A stretch of DNA of 64,000 nt, taken from assembly GCA_965231055.1 (NCBI GenBank), contig OZ246411.1, forward strand, positions 345,875-409,874. Reading direction: 5' to 3'. Within the stretch, counting starts at the first letter, position 1; each line of letters begins with the position of its first letter. Below the pieces are notes generated by a model that made no database searches, was not told where the DNA came from, and saw nothing but the letters and a program-made list of their open reading frames with translations. Positions 56,232 through 64,000 of the stretch are shown piece by piece. Origin of the DNA: an uncultured Candidatus Saccharibacteria bacterium (GTDB lineage Bacteria; Patescibacteriota; CALEFQ01; G965231055). A program made the translations under genes and the position numbers.

Positions 56232-56924
56232 CTATCTACCTCTTGCAATAACTACTCCCCAAATTTGTTTAGGTTGGTGTTTTGAGAGAATTGTCGCGCA
56301 TTCTTTCATTGTCGATCCTGTGGTGCAAATATCATCAACGATAAGGATAGTTTTTCCCTTGATCGGAGAATAATTTTTGATTTTGAATGCGTTTTTTAGA
56401 TTATCAATCCTATCTTCTCTTTTTAGCGACATTTGAGAATGAGTCTTTTTGGACTTTGTGAGTATATCAGACCTAAACTCTATTTTCAAGTCAAGTGCGA
56501 GTTCTTTGGCGAGTAGCTCTGATTGGTTATATCCTCTCGAATTTAGTTTTGATTTGTGGGTAGGTACAGGAATAATGATGGAATTTTTATCAGCCACCTC
56601 TATGATTTTTTTTCTTGGTAAGAGCTTCGCGAGGGGCTTTTTCAGCTCTCTTACAAATTCATATTTAAAAAGATGCACAGCATTCAATAAAAGCTTATCG
56701 TCAAAATCATAGTCTAGTAAAATCCCCGCGAGCTCATTGTTACGCTTGCATTTTTCACAGTATTCTCCGATTCCTGTCTTCATTCTGCATTCTGGACAAA
56801 AACTGTGTTCATATTTTTTGATTTGATTGGCGCATTCATCGCAAAGATAATTTCCTTCTTTTCCGCATTTTATGCAAGTAACTGGAAATATCAAATCCAA
56901 AATACTTTTGAAAACTTGTTTCAT
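56232..56924 (-). CDS. comF: ComF/GntX-family phosphoribosyltransferase-domain competence protein
   Basis: N-terminal Cys-rich zinc finger CIKCGKEGNYLCDECA...CPECR...CEKC. C-terminal PRTase motif ILIVDDICTTGST. Confidence 0.8.
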   Translation of the reverse strand: MKQVFKSILDLIFPVTCIKCGKEGNYLCDECANQIKKYEHSFCPECRMKTGIGEYCEKCKRNNELAGILLDYDFDDKLLLNAVHLFKYEFVRELKKPLAKLLPRKKIIEVADKNSIIIPVPTHKSKLNSRGYNQSELLAKELALDLKIEFRSDILTKSKKTHSQMSLKREDRIDNLKNAFKIKNYSPIKGKTILIVDDICTTGSTMKECATILSKHQPKQIWGVVIARGR

Positions 56925-56991
56925 ATTCCCTCCTATTAGTGATATTATTAATGTATTAATGACTACTAAATATTGAAAACTATTATTTATT

Positions 56992-57495
56992 ATGTCTGAA
57001 GAAGCTTACCCAATTATCCTATCGTATTGTACGAGACTTATCAATATCAAGCCCCGTACTGTTTTTGAAATAAACAAGAAAACAGATGAGTACCTTAAAA
57101 GACGAAAAATAGAAGTTTTGGGTCTCGATGCTGTAAAAAAGAAAGTGATCAAGGAGCTGATAGAGCTAAAGCTTCTTGATGATAGAAAATATGCTCTGAG
57201 TTTTGTGGAGCTAGCGCTCGCAAACAATCCATCGGGCCCCGTGATGCTCAAAAAAAGACTTAGAAATAGGGGAGTAGCTGAAAAATATATCGAGGAGGCT
57301 CTAGCTAAATTTGTAAATGATGAAGTGCTACTTGGAGTTGCTAGGAAACTTGCAGAAAAGAAAATGCGAATGGTGGGAATTAAACCGAGCAATCTTTCTC
57401 AAAAAGAAAAAGCTAAAATCGGGAGATATCTCGCGAGCAAGGGAATTCCTGTAAATATGATCTGGGAAATTTTGGGTGAAATAGAAGAAAATTGA
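56992..57495 (+). CDS. recX: RecX-like regulatory protein
   Basis: Three repeated helical units with the RecX-like pattern (...LLDDRKYALSFVE..., ...GPVMLKKRLRNRGVAEKYIEEAL..., ...KAKIGRYLASKGIPVNMIWEIL). Confidence 0.65.
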   Translation: MSEEAYPIILSYCTRLINIKPRTVFEINKKTDEYLKRRKIEVLGLDAVKKKVIKELIELKLLDDRKYALSFVELALANNPSGPVMLKKRLRNRGVAEKYIEEALAKFVNDEVLLGVARKLAEKKMRMVGIKPSNLSQKEKAKIGRYLASKGIPVNMIWEILGEIEEN

Positions 57496-57581
57496 CATTT
57501 ACAGCTAAAGGATTAGTATTGCTTTAGATTTATAACGTAAAGTGCGTTAAAACAAAGCTCTTTTGGAGGGTAGATGAAATT

Positions 57582-57968
57582 ATGGAAGATAAAGTTTTTG
57601 AGGTTGTGATGAAAGGTGCAGTTTTCGCCGTTGGTAAGTTAAAAAAAGGGGTTTTTATTCCGAGTGGTCGTATTGCCATCTTGGACTTACTAAACTTTGT
57701 GTCGGGAGATTTGGAAATCTTATCCAGAAAGAATTTCCCTGATTCAATTTTCCAATTTGTCCCCGAAAACGATTCATCTCCGATCAATCTTTGTGCTAAG
57801 AAAATTGAAGGGAATTACTTGAAAGTTTTTCCAGCAGGCGATGAATCTCGTGCAGTAATCATATCCAAACGAATATTTAGAAAACTTTTCATTATCAAGC
57901 CCAATCCCGCCGATATCGAAGTGATGATCACTGGAGCTGAAACCGATCACGATCTTTCTGAGACTTAA
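57582..57968 (+). CDS. hypothetical protein (128 aa)
   Basis: GGAGG 12 nt upstream. A strong terminator follows at about 57990-58021. Confidence 0.45.
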   Translation: MEDKVFEVVMKGAVFAVGKLKKGVFIPSGRIAILDLLNFVSGDLEILSRKNFPDSIFQFVPENDSSPINLCAKKIEGNYLKVFPAGDESRAVIISKRIFRKLFIIKPNPADIEVMITGAETDHDLSET

Positions 57969-57989
57969 TTAATACATCTATGTAAACAA

Positions 57990-58021
57990 AACCCGCCTCA
58001 CAGGAGGCGGGTTGTTTTTTT
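57990..58021 (+). terminator. intrinsic terminator (hairpin aacccgcctc-acag-gaggcgggtt plus T8)
   Basis: Perfect 10-bp stem followed by tttttttt. Sits between convergent genes. Confidence 0.75.
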
Positions 58022-58029
58022 ATTATACT

Positions 58030-59736
58030 TTAACCAGCTCCGCCAGAACCTCCACCGCCTCCACCTCCGCCAAAGCCTCCACCACCAAATCCGGAGCCTC
58101 CAGATCCTCCCGATGGCTGAGAGCTCATCGCAGAAGAAAGATTGGTAGATAGTGAAGAGAGATTTTGAGTGAGGTTTGTGGTAAACGCTGATGTGGCGCC
58201 AGAAGTTCCCCAGTTAAATGTACTGTAATAGTAGGGTGCGACATACCAGTATGGAGTGTGTTGCTCGTCGTAAATATTGGCAAATCTTTTTGACCATTCT
58301 TTTTCTACTCCTAGCACCATGGCGTATGCCAAGAATTTTTCAAAGTTTTCTGGTTTATTGTCTTGTACTCTAAATCTTTCCGCGGTGTGTAGATAATCCT
58401 TGAATCCTATTATGTGTTCTTTTGCGGCTACGCCCTCTATGGTTTTTTGAGGCATCGCTTTGGCAAATGAAGCACAGAGCGCTCCACTTATTATAATTCC
58501 TATGCCTAGCCAGCCAGAAGAAATATTTGCAGAACCCCATATAAGTAGAGTTACTCCAAGAAATATTAGAGCAGTTCCTATCCCAGCGAAAGTTTTAACC
58601 ACTTTTTCTGGATCACTTGCAAAAACCTTTTTGCTCATCATTTCTCTCATAACGGATTTTGTGATAAGTGGAATGCTCGTATAAAATTTATTTTTGAGCT
58701 GAGAAAGACTCACTGAGTTTTTTCCTGAAAATAAAGAAGTCATAAGAAGCTGTTCGTGCTCAGGAAGGTCTATGGGCTCTTTGAGCTTTATAAGTTTTGT
58801 CTCTTTGATTTTTGCAAACAAAACTTTGCTCTCACTTTCTTCAATTCGCAAGTATCTTCTTATTGCTAAATCAATTATATTTGCAGAAATATCTTTGGGA
58901 TCGGTGCTTTCGTTTAATACTCCAGCGACCAAAAGAGGGGAGAATCCTTTTGGAGGCCCATACCTAGCGTAAGCTTCTCCTTTGCCTTTCGGATCTCTGC
59001 CTTTTTTTATCCATCGTCTTAATAGTAAAAACAAAACTACAAATGGCAGAGCTATTCCTGCAAAAGTTCCTATTTTCTTAGCCCAAAAAACCCAGGTATA
59101 GGTTCTATCTATGATTCCCTTTGGCCATCCAGCTACTATTGTAAAGTTTTCTGATGGGATCAAATTTTTCGCAGTGTAATAAAAAGTTTTGTCATCTTTG
59201 ATTTCTTTCGTGGCATTTGGCGCAGTTGATCCTCTTGTGAAAACTTCTGATTTCATTTCATCTTTGTTTGCCGAGTCTGGAAGTCTCACTGTTACGGTCG
59301 CATTTTTTATGTCCACATCTCTTTCTGCTGGTACGGCATTCCAATAAAGCTCGTCCCAATCAAAATATCCAAGTCCCCCGTGAACGGTGTATTTTACTAT
59401 GAATGTTCGTTTTTCATCGCTAGCATTGTAGTACCACTTTACCATCTGTTTTCCGTCTTCCTTGTAGTTTTCAAATTCTATCGGATTATTGTTTTCATCC
59501 GTTACTTCTATATCTTTTACATAATCAAGCTTATTGAGCTCAATTCCTCTATATGCAAAAGTATAATCTCCAGTAAAATCAAATGTCTGCTTTTCGCTTA
59601 CCGTAAAACTCGCATCCTTGTTTATCTGAATATCCACGTCATAATTTGCGTAGTTGTATGATTTCGCTTGGACGAAGGTTGGCGTAGTGATGCCTGTCGC
59701 CAAAACGAGTAACGCTACTAAGATAATTTTTTTCAT
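58030..59736 (-). CDS. DUF2207-like exported membrane protein with glycine-rich C-terminal tail
   Basis: Signal peptide MKKIILVALLVLATGITTPTFVQA. Large extracytoplasmic domain and mid-protein TM helices. C-terminal GGSGGSGFGGGGFGGGGGGGGSGGAG. Located immediately downstream of lemA. Confidence 0.45.
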   Translation of the reverse strand: MKKIILVALLVLATGITTPTFVQAKSYNYANYDVDIQINKDASFTVSEKQTFDFTGDYTFAYRGIELNKLDYVKDIEVTDENNNPIEFENYKEDGKQMVKWYYNASDEKRTFIVKYTVHGGLGYFDWDELYWNAVPAERDVDIKNATVTVRLPDSANKDEMKSEVFTRGSTAPNATKEIKDDKTFYYTAKNLIPSENFTIVAGWPKGIIDRTYTWVFWAKKIGTFAGIALPFVVLFLLLRRWIKKGRDPKGKGEAYARYGPPKGFSPLLVAGVLNESTDPKDISANIIDLAIRRYLRIEESESKVLFAKIKETKLIKLKEPIDLPEHEQLLMTSLFSGKNSVSLSQLKNKFYTSIPLITKSVMREMMSKKVFASDPEKVVKTFAGIGTALIFLGVTLLIWGSANISSGWLGIGIIISGALCASFAKAMPQKTIEGVAAKEHIIGFKDYLHTAERFRVQDNKPENFEKFLAYAMVLGVEKEWSKRFANIYDEQHTPYWYVAPYYYSTFNWGTSGATSAFTTNLTQNLSSLSTNLSSAMSSQPSGGSGGSGFGGGGFGGGGGGGGSGGAG

Positions 59737-59740
59737 AGAT

Positions 59741-60022
59741 TTATTTTGAATTTTGATTTAATTTTTTCTTTTGGCGCACTATCCACAAAACTGATTCTAT
59801 GGCACCAACTGAGCCAATTACTATTAGTATATCTGGAAGATATCTTTTGTGCCAAGCCTGTTTTTCTTGATCTCGTAGATCTATGGTTTGTCCGTCTTGA
59901 ATCTGATCCCAATCCAATCCTTTGAGTTTGTCATCTAGCGTTTGGTTTGCATTTTCTTCCGCAAGGCAAAAAGCGGGGGAGAGTAGTAGTGATAAGACAA
60001 GGATAGCTAATAGTTTTTTCAT
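59741..60022 (-). CDS. small secreted or membrane protein (93 aa)
   Basis: Signal peptide MKKLLAILVLSLLLSPAFCLA and C-terminal hydrophobic helix. Confidence 0.5.
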   Translation of the reverse strand: MKKLLAILVLSLLLSPAFCLAEENANQTLDDKLKGLDWDQIQDGQTIDLRDQEKQAWHKRYLPDILIVIGSVGAIESVLWIVRQKKKLNQNSK

Positions 60023-60068
60023 TTTTATATTTTATACGATAGGTTTTATTCTATCATTTTTAAGCAAA

Positions 60069-60100
60069 ATAAAAAACCACCCCTTTCGGAGTGGTTTTTG
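60069..60100 (-). terminator. intrinsic terminator for the lemA-to-59741 operon (minus sense)
   Basis: aaaaaccac...gtggttttt hairpin followed on the minus strand by TTTTTTATTTT. Confidence 0.55.
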
Positions 60101-60103
60101 GTA

Positions 60104-60703
60104 TTAGTTATTGAAGTCAACTTTTGGAACTTCCTTTTCTGCTTGATCAGCGATTTCAAAAAATTCTCTCTTGATGAATTTGAACATGGAAGCGATTATG
60201 TTCATAGGGAATACTGCAATTTTGGTGTTGTAATCCCTGACATTTCCGTTGTAAAATCTTCTGCTTGCTTGTACATGCTCTTCTACTTCTGCGAGTTTTT
60301 GCTGTAGATCTAGAAAATTTTGATTGGCTTTGAGGTCAGGATAATTTTCAGCTATAGCGAACAATGATTTAAGTGTTCCTGAAAGTGCATTTTCTGCTTC
60401 TGCTGATGCTTTTGGATCTTTTGCATTGATTGCATTGGCTCTTGCCTCCGTTACCTTTTGAAAAACACCGCTTTCATGTTTCGCGTATCCTTTTACTGTT
60501 TCAATAAGGTTTGGTATAAGATCGTGTCTTCTTTTTAGTTGCACGTCTATATCTGACCAAGCTTCATCAACTCTAACTCTAAGTCTTATGAGCGCATTGT
60601 ATCCACCAATGAGCCAAAAAGCGACAGCAGCCACGACCGCGATTAGTATAATTGTTCCGATCATTTGGTTTTGATTAATTAGATTGAATAAGTCTTTATA
60701 CAA
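60104..60703 (-). CDS. lemA: LemA-family protein
   Basis: N-terminal TM, then ...GGYNALIRLRVRVDEAWSDIDVQLKRRHDLIPNLIETVKGYAKHE..., which matches the LemA consensus. Confidence 0.85.
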   Translation of the reverse strand: MYKDLFNLINQNQMIGTIILIAVVAAVAFWLIGGYNALIRLRVRVDEAWSDIDVQLKRRHDLIPNLIETVKGYAKHESGVFQKVTEARANAINAKDPKASAEAENALSGTLKSLFAIAENYPDLKANQNFLDLQQKLAEVEEHVQASRRFYNGNVRDYNTKIAVFPMNIIASMFKFIKREFFEIADQAEKEVPKVDFNN

Positions 60704-60705
60704 TA

Positions 60706-61239
60706 CTACTTTTTACCAAAAATATCAATTCCTCGCTCCTCCTGTGATAGTTGATTTACAATCTCTTCATTAGCTTCCCAAGATTCATTTTTGTTGTGGC
60801 AGTGTAGATGTAGCATTTCATGGATCAGTATGTTGATTATTTCGGAGTCGGTTTTACCAGAAATATTCACGACTACGGTGTTGGGTTTTTCATATGACCC
60901 ATCTGTGCCGTAGTTTGTTAGAAAGATTGTTGGGTTGATTACTTCTTTGTTTTTTCTGTGCTTTAGTATTTTTTCAAGTTTTTCTGTTATACGAAGATAC
61001 GATTCTTCAATCACCCTTTTTGCTAGTAGAAAATTCTTTTCTTTGTACTCCTTTTTAATAATTGCTTTTATTGTTTCGTATTTAAGTGAGCCATTCGTAA
61101 GTTTTATGCTTCCCGGTAATCGCGGGTTAATATTTTTTGCCACATACCATGCGTTCTTTTTTAGTGTGTTCTGAACCCTCTTTATTTCAAAATTTATGCC
61201 AAATTGTATAACAGGGGGCTTCGTTGTTTTTGCTTGCAT
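60706..61239 (-). CDS. putative zinc metallopeptidase (YgjP/DUF45-like, HExxH)
   Basis: IHEMLHLHCHNKNESW resembles the HE[LM]xHLxxxNHSxxFW motif of the DUF45/WLM family. Confidence 0.45.
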   Translation of the reverse strand: MQAKTTKPPVIQFGINFEIKRVQNTLKKNAWYVAKNINPRLPGSIKLTNGSLKYETIKAIIKKEYKEKNFLLAKRVIEESYLRITEKLEKILKHRKNKEVINPTIFLTNYGTDGSYEKPNTVVVNISGKTDSEIINILIHEMLHLHCHNKNESWEANEEIVNQLSQEERGIDIFGKK

Positions 61240-61310
61240 TTCGTGTTACTTAATTTTTATAATATGATATCATTTTTTTAATAAATATCAATTTAGCATA
61301 TTATATCAAC

Positions 61311-61808
61311 ATGAACACAAGAAAGATACAATCAGTAATTAGTAAAATAGCTCAAAGTGATCAGTTCATGAGAAATAGTAAAAAATGGAATCCAGAAATC
61401 GATGCGAAGAATGCCGAAGTATTAAAAAGAATTATTAAAGAAATTGGTTGGCCTGATTCCAAGCTGGTGAGTAAGAGGGCTTCCCATTTTGCTTGGCTGA
61501 TTGCTCAACACGCTGATCACGATGTGGTTTTTCAGGAAAAATGTTTGAAATTGATGAAAGAAAAATTAAAAAAAGAATTGGTTGATCCTAGGGATGTAGC
61601 ATTTCTAATAGATAGAATAAAGGTTAATAAAAGTAGAAAACAAATGTACGGAACGCAGTTTTTTGTTAATAAAAACGGAGAATTTGTGCCGAGACCTATT
61701 TACAATAAAAAGGATCTGAATAAAAGAAGGAGGGATGTGGGATTGGGGAGTTTTGCTTCATATAAGGGCGAAATGCGCCTTAAAAATAGGGAACTTGACA
61801 AAAAATAG
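61311..61808 (+). CDS. hypothetical protein (165 aa)
   Basis: ORF with basic C-terminus. No motif recognised. Confidence 0.45.
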   Translation: MNTRKIQSVISKIAQSDQFMRNSKKWNPEIDAKNAEVLKRIIKEIGWPDSKLVSKRASHFAWLIAQHADHDVVFQEKCLKLMKEKLKKELVDPRDVAFLIDRIKVNKSRKQMYGTQFFVNKNGEFVPRPIYNKKDLNKRRRDVGLGSFASYKGEMRLKNRELDKK

Positions 61809-61982
61809 AAGATGTTATAAGATGAGTTTGCCTAAGTACTAAGGGTGAGTACGCCATAACGGCGTGAGTACCGGCGATAAAACTAGTTTTTGAAAAGCCT
61901 GTAATTTTGGCTTAGGACAAAGAAGCGAACCTTTAGTGCTTATTAAGGCTCGCTTCTTTTGTTATAAACTAATTTTATAGCC

Positions 61983-63845
61983 ATGAACAAAGCAACAAAA
62001 CAGCTTTCAAGGTTACTGGCGATTATAGTAATTATAACTTTCGTAGTCACTTCTGCGATCCCCGCGGAAGCTATTTCTGTGTCTCCTGATTCGGTGAGCG
62101 CTAGAGTAGGTTCTTCTGTCAGTGAAAAAACAAAAAGCACCCCCACTAAATTTTTTGATAAGGTTAAAGAAACCACAAAAAAAGTTTTTAATACTTCCAA
62201 AAAAACTCAATCATCAGAAATTAAAACAAACAGTATTGGTGAGAGTGCTGAGAGTATTGCAAATAGATTGCTAGAAAACTCCAGGCTTGATTTGAAAATG
62301 GAGGCAAAAATTAGGATGGCTCTAGAGCAAGGCAATTTGAATATTGAAATGCTCAAGCAAGCTGAGAAAAGTTTAAACGACAATGTTGGCGCTCCAAATT
62401 TTGCCAATGTTCAGCGAGAACTCGCAAGTAAAACAAAAATAGGCGATCAATCATTTTCGGGTGCTAGCGGATATGATGCTATGTTTGGTGGTAAGCGATC
62501 ATATTATGAAGGATTTGAAGACTGGCGAATTTCAGATATAGAAGTTTATGATAGCAATTTTATAGTGGTGACTGGTTCTTATAAGCACGGGGAAGAATCT
62601 CGAGTTGCTATTTTTGATGGTGAAAAATGGGATCATTACACGCTCCCATTGCCATATGTTGGAGCTAATATGACAATTACTTCAAAGACTTTTAGTAGAG
62701 ATGATATTTATGTGGGTGGTTACGCTGGACTCATTTATCATTACGATGGAACAAATTGGGAAATACAAAATTATTTTGAAGATAGGGGGTATAATGTTAG
62801 AAGGTTTATGGAGGCTTCTGATGGAAATCTCTATGCTATAGCTGATACTGCTGGTCTTTGGAAGCAAAATGCAGACAAAGAAACATGGTCGCTTGTAGAT
62901 TTTTCTGCATCACTTCCAGTTAGCTCTTTTGCTTGGGATGCTCAAGAATATAATGGAAAAATATACTTTATAAACGACAATAACGTTGGTACTATAGCGC
63001 TTGCATCGTATGATTTAGTTTCACACGAAGTTTTGGTTTTAGTAGGTAGTATCGATCCGCAACAGGATAGAGGTATACACGGTATATTTGTCGATTCTCC
63101 CTCTTCCATATATCTGACCAGCTCAGTTTTCAATAATGGTCAGGAAAATGGCACTGCCATGGTTTTTAAATACAATGGCGTAGGGATATCAAGGATCGTT
63201 GGACAACATCCTGAGTCAGATTCACTCCCCATACTTCAGGATATAAAAAAAGATCCGATTAGCGGAGATATTTGGGTAGCTGGCGAATATGGAACACTTG
63301 GGACATTGGATCCTGACACTGATACTCTCACCATAGAGCCGATTGATTTTAATGCAGACGGCACTAGAGATCGTGATGACTGGTATTTGATTCCTGCGTT
63401 TTCGACTAGGATAAGTGAGATATATATTACCGCCATGTTTCTTTTCGAGGAATATTCTTCAGTGATAAAATTTGGAACAGCTGATGTGCCTCAAATTTCA
63501 TTTGAAAATCTAAAGTCGGTTTATCATAGTGGCGATCAAGTGAACATTAGCCTAAAAATAGACAACTCAGAGGGAAATTATGAAGAGCTGGACGTTTATA
63601 TTGCTCTTGAGATTCCTGGAGATCCAAATCTTTATTACTTTTGGCCAAGCTGGAGTGATAGTATAGGAAAAAAGAATACTAGTCTTGATAGCGGTGTTAT
63701 TGCGAGTGAATCGGTGCTAAATCTTACTTTGCCTGACAATCTTCCATCTGCTGGACCTTTTAATCTTTACGCAGTGCTTACTGCCCCCGGAAATTTCAGT
63801 TTGTTTAGTAATGTGGCCACGGGGCAGCTTAGACTGGAACCCTAA
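61983..63845 (+). CDS. secreted hypothetical protein (620 aa, signal peptide), possibly beta-propeller-rich
   Basis: N-terminal LLAIIVIITFVVTSAIPAEA signal. Terminator hairpin aagacagcccatgtgggctgtctt plus T-run at 63859-63890. Confidence 0.6.
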   Translation: MNKATKQLSRLLAIIVIITFVVTSAIPAEAISVSPDSVSARVGSSVSEKTKSTPTKFFDKVKETTKKVFNTSKKTQSSEIKTNSIGESAESIANRLLENSRLDLKMEAKIRMALEQGNLNIEMLKQAEKSLNDNVGAPNFANVQRELASKTKIGDQSFSGASGYDAMFGGKRSYYEGFEDWRISDIEVYDSNFIVVTGSYKHGEESRVAIFDGEKWDHYTLPLPYVGANMTITSKTFSRDDIYVGGYAGLIYHYDGTNWEIQNYFEDRGYNVRRFMEASDGNLYAIADTAGLWKQNADKETWSLVDFSASLPVSSFAWDAQEYNGKIYFINDNNVGTIALASYDLVSHEVLVLVGSIDPQQDRGIHGIFVDSPSSIYLTSSVFNNGQENGTAMVFKYNGVGISRIVGQHPESDSLPILQDIKKDPISGDIWVAGEYGTLGTLDPDTDTLTIEPIDFNADGTRDRDDWYLIPAFSTRISEIYITAMFLFEEYSSVIKFGTADVPQISFENLKSVYHSGDQVNISLKIDNSEGNYEELDVYIALEIPGDPNLYYFWPSWSDSIGKKNTSLDSGVIASESVLNLTLPDNLPSAGPFNLYAVLTAPGNFSLFSNVATGQLRLEP

Positions 63846-63858
63846 AACAACACATAAA

Positions 63859-63890
63859 AAGACAGCCCATGTGGGCTGTCTTTTGTTTGG
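63859..63890 (+). terminator. intrinsic terminator
   Basis: Perfect 10-bp stem gacagcccat/gtgggctgtc followed by ttttgttt. Confidence 0.75.
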
Positions 63891-63938
63891 AAGTTGTTGT
63901 ATAATAAAAAAGTAAATATCTTAAATAATCAAACAAAA

Positions 63939-64000
63939 ATGTCAAACAAAAAAGTAATTTTAGCATCAGTTGTAGCAGTTGCATTTGTCTCGATAATTAT
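63939..64000 (+). CDS. 5' end of a gene encoding a signal-peptide protein (partial)
   Basis: ATG followed by MSNKKVILASVVAVAFVSII. Runs off the window. Confidence 0.3.
   Translation, partial: MSNKKVILASVVAVAFVSII

Noticed and set aside
1-64000. CRISPR arrays, rRNA genes, diversity-generating retroelement or reverse transcriptase, prophage structural genes
   Set aside because: No regularly spaced short direct repeats, no rRNA-like conserved blocks, no RT (YxDD) or capsid/terminase-like ORFs were seen. The only recombinase is the Xer-like enzyme next to the tRNAs.

Overview
This 64-kb window is low-GC (roughly 35-40% by eye), densely coding bacterial DNA. Gene content looks like a reduced-genome, Gram-positive-like or Candidate Phyla Radiation (Patescibacteria)-type organism. 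Many genes carry AGGAGG-type ribosome-binding sites and end in clear hairpin plus T-run terminators.

The housekeeping backbone is recognisable. It includes rpsO, pnp, a DinG-type exonuclease-helicase, a DksA/TraR zinc finger, lspA, a DedA protein, comM, a LysM-M23 peptidase, pcrA/uvrD, a UbiA-type prenyltransferase, rsmA/ksgA, radA, a 3-methyladenine glycosylase, recG, comF, recX and lemA. A minus-strand array of five tRNAs (His-GTG, Arg-TCT, Arg-TCG, Ala-CGC, Lys-CTT) sits next to a Xer-like tyrosine recombinase. A second pair of tRNAs (Ser-GCT, Arg-GCG) lies further on.

The most distinctive region is a roughly 15-kb type IV secretion-like / competence-like locus at about 34.4-49.7 kb. It encodes a VirB6/TrbL-like polytopic membrane protein and a PrgI/VirB3-like small protein. 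A VirB4-family ATPase there is split into an N-terminal-domain ORF and a P-loop ORF. Two tandem paralogous surface proteins of about 1,056 aa follow, each with D-rich Ca-binding repeats and N- and C-terminal membrane anchors. The locus ends with a VirB2-like pilin candidate and a membrane-anchored beta-propeller protein.

Other items worth a second look:
- A slightly GC-richer block at 5.4-9.9 kb encodes secreted and membrane proteins, including a signal-peptide ankyrin-repeat protein and an SPFH protein. It abuts the 3' end of tRNA-His, where a 22-bp partial copy of the tRNA 3' end is duplicated.
- The tRNA spacers carry repeated GGTTTTAG-type motifs.
- A 23-nt motif recurs in several intergenic regions.
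- A roughly 0.9-kb ORF-free structured region lies upstream of the DksA-like gene.
- An NYN-domain gene is inserted between rpsO and pnp.
- A 1,240-aa protein of unknown function is translationally coupled to a small acidic protein.
- Two small GC-rich genes lie between the glycosylase gene and recG.

All functional calls rest on motif recognition by eye and need HMM or BLAST confirmation. tRNA coordinates may be off by 1-2 nt.
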